DNA of 20,000 bases from an uncultured virus (IMG/VR IMGVR_UViG_3300042090_002752) (lineage: Duplodnaviria; Heunggongvirae; Uroviricota; Caudoviricetes), in the IMG/VR virus record IMGVR_UViG_3300042090_002752; one strand, 5' to 3'. Both the position numbers and the translations under genes were made by a program. Within the stretch, counting starts at the first letter, position 1. The number at the start of each line of letters is the position of its first letter. The notes under the pieces were generated by a model. That model was not told the origin of the DNA. It worked only from the letters and a program-made list of their open reading frames with translations, and did no database searches. This document shows, piece after piece, positions 16,244 to 20,000 of this stretch.

Positions 16244-18475
16244 TCACCAACCAACTCGCTGAGGCGGTGGAACAGGCACCGGCAGCACCTGGTGTTGAAT
16301 GTGGCCCAGTACCGCATTATCAACATTGTGCTGGCGCTGTTGCACCGTAACTGCGTAGCGCTGCCAAGTCGCCGGCTCAAGCACCGATCGGCCATACGCG
16401 AGCAGGATCTTGCGTCCATCCGGCTCGCGTCGGTGGACACATTTCTCGTCCCGGACCTTCTCAATCCGCTCGCGGTACAGAATCATCGCATCGCACAGTT
16501 CGTGAATGGCTTCGAGGTCCTGACCAAACTCCTGTTGGATGTCTTTACGGGCGCACTCCGATTTGAGGGGCTTGAGGTAGTTGTCCCACAAACACTCCGT
16601 CAGATCTCTGAACTTCAGAAAATAGACGTCCCACAGGTCACGACACTCCCACCAGCTTTGCGGAGGTACGTTACCTGCCCGGGCCTCGAGCGCGATCACG
16701 ACGCGCTCGATTTGCATGCGGAGGAGACTGCCCATCGACAGGAAGATCTGAAGGAAATTCGCGACACCATCGAGAGCCAGCGATTCTGTGTGGCGCTTCA
16801 GTTTCTTGAGATGCCGTTCGAAGAACTTCAATGTCGCCTCGTGAAGTGTTTTGCAGATCTGCAAATTACGTTCACCAAGATGGCGCATTCCGTCCTGCCC
16901 CTCCCAGACTGGCCGGTTCCTGAGGGCAGGAGGACGAGGTGCGTTCACGATTGGAATGTCGCAGAAGTTCAGAAACGTCAACAATGCGGCGTCGTCTCCC
17001 GCCCGCAGCAGATCGTTCAACACCGAAAAAAATTGCCCTGCGCTCTGAGTCGCTTCTCGGATGTGTCGCTCCTGTCGGACACTTCCCTGTGTCTTGATGT
17101 CCAGGAGGTTCGTCACGAAAACCAAATTGCTCAACTGCTTGTGTCCGTCGGCGGTTTCGATGCTGACCAATGTTGACAACTCCTGTAGCCGCGAAACACT
17201 CCGTTCGGGAACAGTGGCGGTGAAGCGCTCATCAGAAATTCTACCGATCGGTAAGACTTGCCCACGTGAGCCTTGGACGTGAAGCCTGGCTGCGATCGCC
17301 GAACTTCCGATCTCGGATGGTACGCAGGCGCGCATCATCAACCTGTCATCTGCAAGTACGGCATCGATCAGCCGGACCGGCATCGAAGGGTAGTTCTCTT
17401 CCTCATCGCGGGCTGCCGACTGCAGTTGATCTGGTGACCGAAGGTGGTAACCCGACCCGGACGGATCACAGAAACGTCGCGGGTCGAGCGCCTTCGCTGA
17501 AATGTCAGGCACAACGACCACCGTCTCAATGTTGCCAGCCTTCCCGTGCTTGAGTAGCGCAGGACTCGTGAAGTTGGCGCTGCCGTAGACTAGGAACCTG
17601 GTCCGGCCAGACTCGAAGATGATAGCTTTTGCATGAAGAGGCTGCTGGTGGCCATCGTCCTCGTAAGAGCACAGCAAGATCTCTGCACGTCCAGACCGAA
17701 CGCACGGGTGGCTCAGCCACTCTGGCGTCATCGTGGTCACCCCGTTTTGGGTGTACAGCAGGAGCTTGCCGGGCCCAAAATCCCCGATAACACGGTCGAT
17801 TAGGGTGGGCGAATCATCAAAGAATCGAGAGACGACGTGAATGCGGTCGACTGGACGAGGCACCATGGCCGTGATTTGGTCCCACAGCGAGTACTCCAAA
17901 TTATGAAGCAGACGGACGGACCTGGCCGCGGATCCGGGAGTCCCACCCAACCAAGGAGTCGTGCGCCGGAGCTCCTGTACGTTTGAGGCCAGCGATTCTG
18001 CCGGCCAGTTCTCGGCGAGCGCCGAGACAAAGGCGAAGGCGTCCTGGAAGACTGGAAGGAGCCCCTCCTGATCATCCACCTCGAAATCGAACACATCTGC
18101 GAGTTCAGCGTTGGATGTCAGCCCGGGCCGTGTGAAGTTGGCACTCCCGAGGATTAACCGGCCGGACGTCTTCGTGGTGAAGAGGAAGAGTTTGGGGTGA
18201 AAGCGACCCTTCGTGTCGATCGGACTCAGCAGATATCGAAGGTTGACTTGCTTCGGCCGCTGCGACTCCGGGGCGAGCGTGATTCTCTGGTATGTAGTAC
18301 GGTCAGTGCAAACGGAAATGTTGTTGTTGCTGCTCAAAGCACTGAATCGCTCCAAGCAGTAATCTTCGAAGAACAACGGTTCGAACGTGTATGTACAGAG
18401 AATCGCGTTGTGGTACGTGCGCCTCGACAGCGCGTCGTGCAAGTCGAGCCTCGTGTTCTTACTTCCGCGTGCCAT
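16244..18475 (-). CDS. Phospholipase D-superfamily protein with two HxK...GSAN sites (Tdp1-like / nuclease), probable defence component
   Basis: FHPKLFLF...LILGSANFT and LHAKAIIF...LVYGSANFT...GNIET, followed by a beta-rich segment and a helical C-terminal region; 743 aa; overlaps the upstream gene by 17 nt. Confidence 0.9.
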   Translation of the reverse strand: MARGSKNTRLDLHDALSRRTYHNAILCTYTFEPLFFEDYCLERFSALSSNNNISVCTDRTTYQRITLAPESQRPKQVNLRYLLSPIDTKGRFHPKLFLFTTKTSGRLILGSANFTRPGLTSNAELADVFDFEVDDQEGLLPVFQDAFAFVSALAENWPAESLASNVQELRRTTPWLGGTPGSAARSVRLLHNLEYSLWDQITAMVPRPVDRIHVVSRFFDDSPTLIDRVIGDFGPGKLLLYTQNGVTTMTPEWLSHPCVRSGRAEILLCSYEDDGHQQPLHAKAIIFESGRTRFLVYGSANFTSPALLKHGKAGNIETVVVVPDISAKALDPRRFCDPSGSGYHLRSPDQLQSAARDEEENYPSMPVRLIDAVLADDRLMMRACVPSEIGSSAIAARLHVQGSRGQVLPIGRISDERFTATVPERSVSRLQELSTLVSIETADGHKQLSNLVFVTNLLDIKTQGSVRQERHIREATQSAGQFFSVLNDLLRAGDDAALLTFLNFCDIPIVNAPRPPALRNRPVWEGQDGMRHLGERNLQICKTLHEATLKFFERHLKKLKRHTESLALDGVANFLQIFLSMGSLLRMQIERVVIALEARAGNVPPQSWWECRDLWDVYFLKFRDLTECLWDNYLKPLKSECARKDIQQEFGQDLEAIHELCDAMILYRERIEKVRDEKCVHRREPDGRKILLAYGRSVLEPATWQRYAVTVQQRQHNVDNAVLGHIQHQVLPVPVPPPQRVGW

Positions 18476-20000
18476 CGCTTTTCAGAATTCGCGTCAGTTG
18501 TCGGCGGCCGTCTGCAGTGATCGAGATGTTGCCATCGGACCCAAAATCGAGCAGGCCGACATCCCGGAGGATACGAACAGAGTTCCAATGCCGGGAGGAC
18601 CGAAACACCGGTTGATAATCCTGATCCTTGTGTATCTTGCCGTCGAGGCGATGTAACCAGCAGCTTTCCAGTCGGCCCTTCTCGTACATCACGCGGTCGT
18701 GCTGGTCGAGCACAAACGGCTCCATCAGAGACGCGATCGCAGACTTCCAGTCGAGATCAGGCCGGAGCCACCGATCCAACGCTGGCAGCACAATCCCCGT
18801 CCAGAGATTCGAGCCCGCCTTCGCGCCGATATATCGGGCGTATTCGTTGCGAGCGCTTCTCCACTTTGAATACAGGACAGCCAAGATCCCTACGGCTGCG
18901 GCTGCAATCTCTTCTGGCTTGCCATCGCTATCTGCAAGGGACCACTCGCTTTTGTCACTGGTGGCATCGATGTCCTTCCGCGCCTCGCGACAGTGATCTT
19001 CTGAGGGGACGGAGTCCATCTTGAGTGCCAACATGAGATCTCTCGGCGTCGCACCGGCACCAAATAGGCCAACCAACGTCGAGCGGAAGTTCGGCCCCGT
19101 CAGACTTGAAGACACGTCGTCGAGCGCCATTCCCGATGGTTGTAGGTTCAGTGTCTCGAGTGCGCAGTACAGCAGGTTCTCAAGTCCCTGGGTGAGGTAC
19201 TCATGGGCGCAGAACTGCTGCCAAAAGCCGTAGCAACTGGCAAGTGCCGTCGGCGGCTCGTAGGGCACCGGCGGCTGGCCATCACGCCACAGCATGCCGT
19301 AGTAGTAAGGAGGATATACAAGGTAATGATCGACCGAGTCTGATGAGGGATTGAAGCCAGCCTTGCCGTATTCGGCTACCGTATGAAGGATGAGGCCGAG
19401 GGTTTGCCGGCGCAGGAGATCTGTATCTGAGAACTCGTCACGGTCCCATGACAAGAAGAGATTCCGGAGCAGCTCCCGTTCCTCGGTAGCGCGTGTCTCA
19501 TCTAACGAATCAAGAGAAAACCGTGCTGCGGACTTCTTCAGCACATCAAACGGGAGTACTTTCTCACGGAAGTGATCCTGCTTGCAGTACGGTGTCTGGG
19601 CGACGCTGTAGTCGAATGCTCTGGCGAGCGCCTCGCCTCTCCCTGGGGCCACCCTTTCGATTCCGTCTTCGGTGCGGTGGGTGAGGCCGAGTGCATAGAG
19701 CGAACCGCCATAGTACTGTCCGTAGCCGCCCATCACGTTTGAAGGCAGGACAGCGAAATTCGTATCAACTTCCTTGCTCTCAGAGTACTTGCCCAGGCGC
19801 GGCCGAACCGCGTCAGCCCCAACAACCGATGCAGAATCAGAATCGTGTTGCAGCGTCGCTAACGCAATAAACGCCTCGCGCCTTCGGAAAGCCGATGTGA
19901 ATTCGGCGTAACGCTTGGGCGCCTCAGATGCCTCAACATGCCAGAGCGCCCACGGGTAGAACGAGTAGTAGCGCGCCCGACTGGTCGTCGTGATGATGCC
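18459..20000 (-). CDS. Conserved hypothetical PLD-partner protein (DUF6361-like), 5' partial, >=513 aa
   Basis: The frame stays open beyond the track's 19736 start to the window edge (GIITTTSRARYYSFYPWALW...FRRREAFIAL...VVG...GGYGQYYGGSLYALGL) and ends R...SVRILRDVGLL...ITADGRRQL. Family assignment is from memory of these motifs. Confidence 0.8.
   Translation of the reverse strand, partial: GIITTTSRARYYSFYPWALWHVEASEAPKRYAEFTSAFRRREAFIALATLQHDSDSASVVGADAVRPRLGKYSESKEVDTNFAVLPSNVMGGYGQYYGGSLYALGLTHRTEDGIERVAPGRGEALARAFDYSVAQTPYCKQDHFREKVLPFDVLKKSAARFSLDSLDETRATEERELLRNLFLSWDRDEFSDTDLLRRQTLGLILHTVAEYGKAGFNPSSDSVDHYLVYPPYYYGMLWRDGQPPVPYEPPTALASCYGFWQQFCAHEYLTQGLENLLYCALETLNLQPSGMALDDVSSSLTGPNFRSTLVGLFGAGATPRDLMLALKMDSVPSEDHCREARKDIDATSDKSEWSLADSDGKPEEIAAAAVGILAVLYSKWRSARNEYARYIGAKAGSNLWTGIVLPALDRWLRPDLDWKSAIASLMEPFVLDQHDRVMYEKGRLESCWLHRLDGKIHKDQDYQPVFRSSRHWNSVRILRDVGLLDFGSDGNISITADGRRQLTRILKSDGTRK

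Noticed and set aside
15534..16262. Short ORFs 15534-15866 (-), 15898-16218 (+) and 15996-16262 (+)
   Set aside because: No recognisable domains; they overlap structured or att-like sequence, and WLP/MAP readings are typical of translated tRNA-end complements.
16292..17176. 294-aa plus-strand ORF
   Set aside because: Antisense shadow of the PLD gene C-terminal half; no motifs.

Overview
High-GC bacterial DNA (my impression is Acidobacteria-like, not established) in which almost every real gene lies on the minus strand. The left ~16 kb looks like one integrated mobile element (prophage- or ICE-like). It has an integration module (small ORF, DUF2924, large serine recombinase, HTH accessory protein), a cargo/regulatory segment (C-terminal-HTH protein, IS630 remnant, membrane-anchored TPR protein) and a tightly coupled replication/recombination operon. 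That operon runs xis/AlpA-type HTH, hypothetical, sigma-70-like factor, ParB-like, DGQHR-like, Cas4/RecB-type nuclease, Sak4-like AAA_24 ATPase, DUF669 SSB-like, ERCC4 nuclease, RecD2 helicase, and a DnaG-type primase apparently fused to VirE/VapE; the primase is missing from the ORF track and runs off the left edge. A tRNA-Asn-like 3' fragment near 16,000 may mark the element boundary. To its right is a probable defence pair: a conserved hypothetical (DUF6361-like) protein and a two-active-site PLD/Tdp1-like protein. The most unusual signals are non-coding: a ~330-nt nested long-range paired structure directly upstream of the recombinase operon (15564-15889), a ~160-nt four-way-junction structure (11507-11666), competing hairpins at the putative att site (15958-16135), and a GGTAGGAA repeat cluster abutting the replication-operon promoter. 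All family calls come from motif recognition by eye; no searches or folding programs were run.
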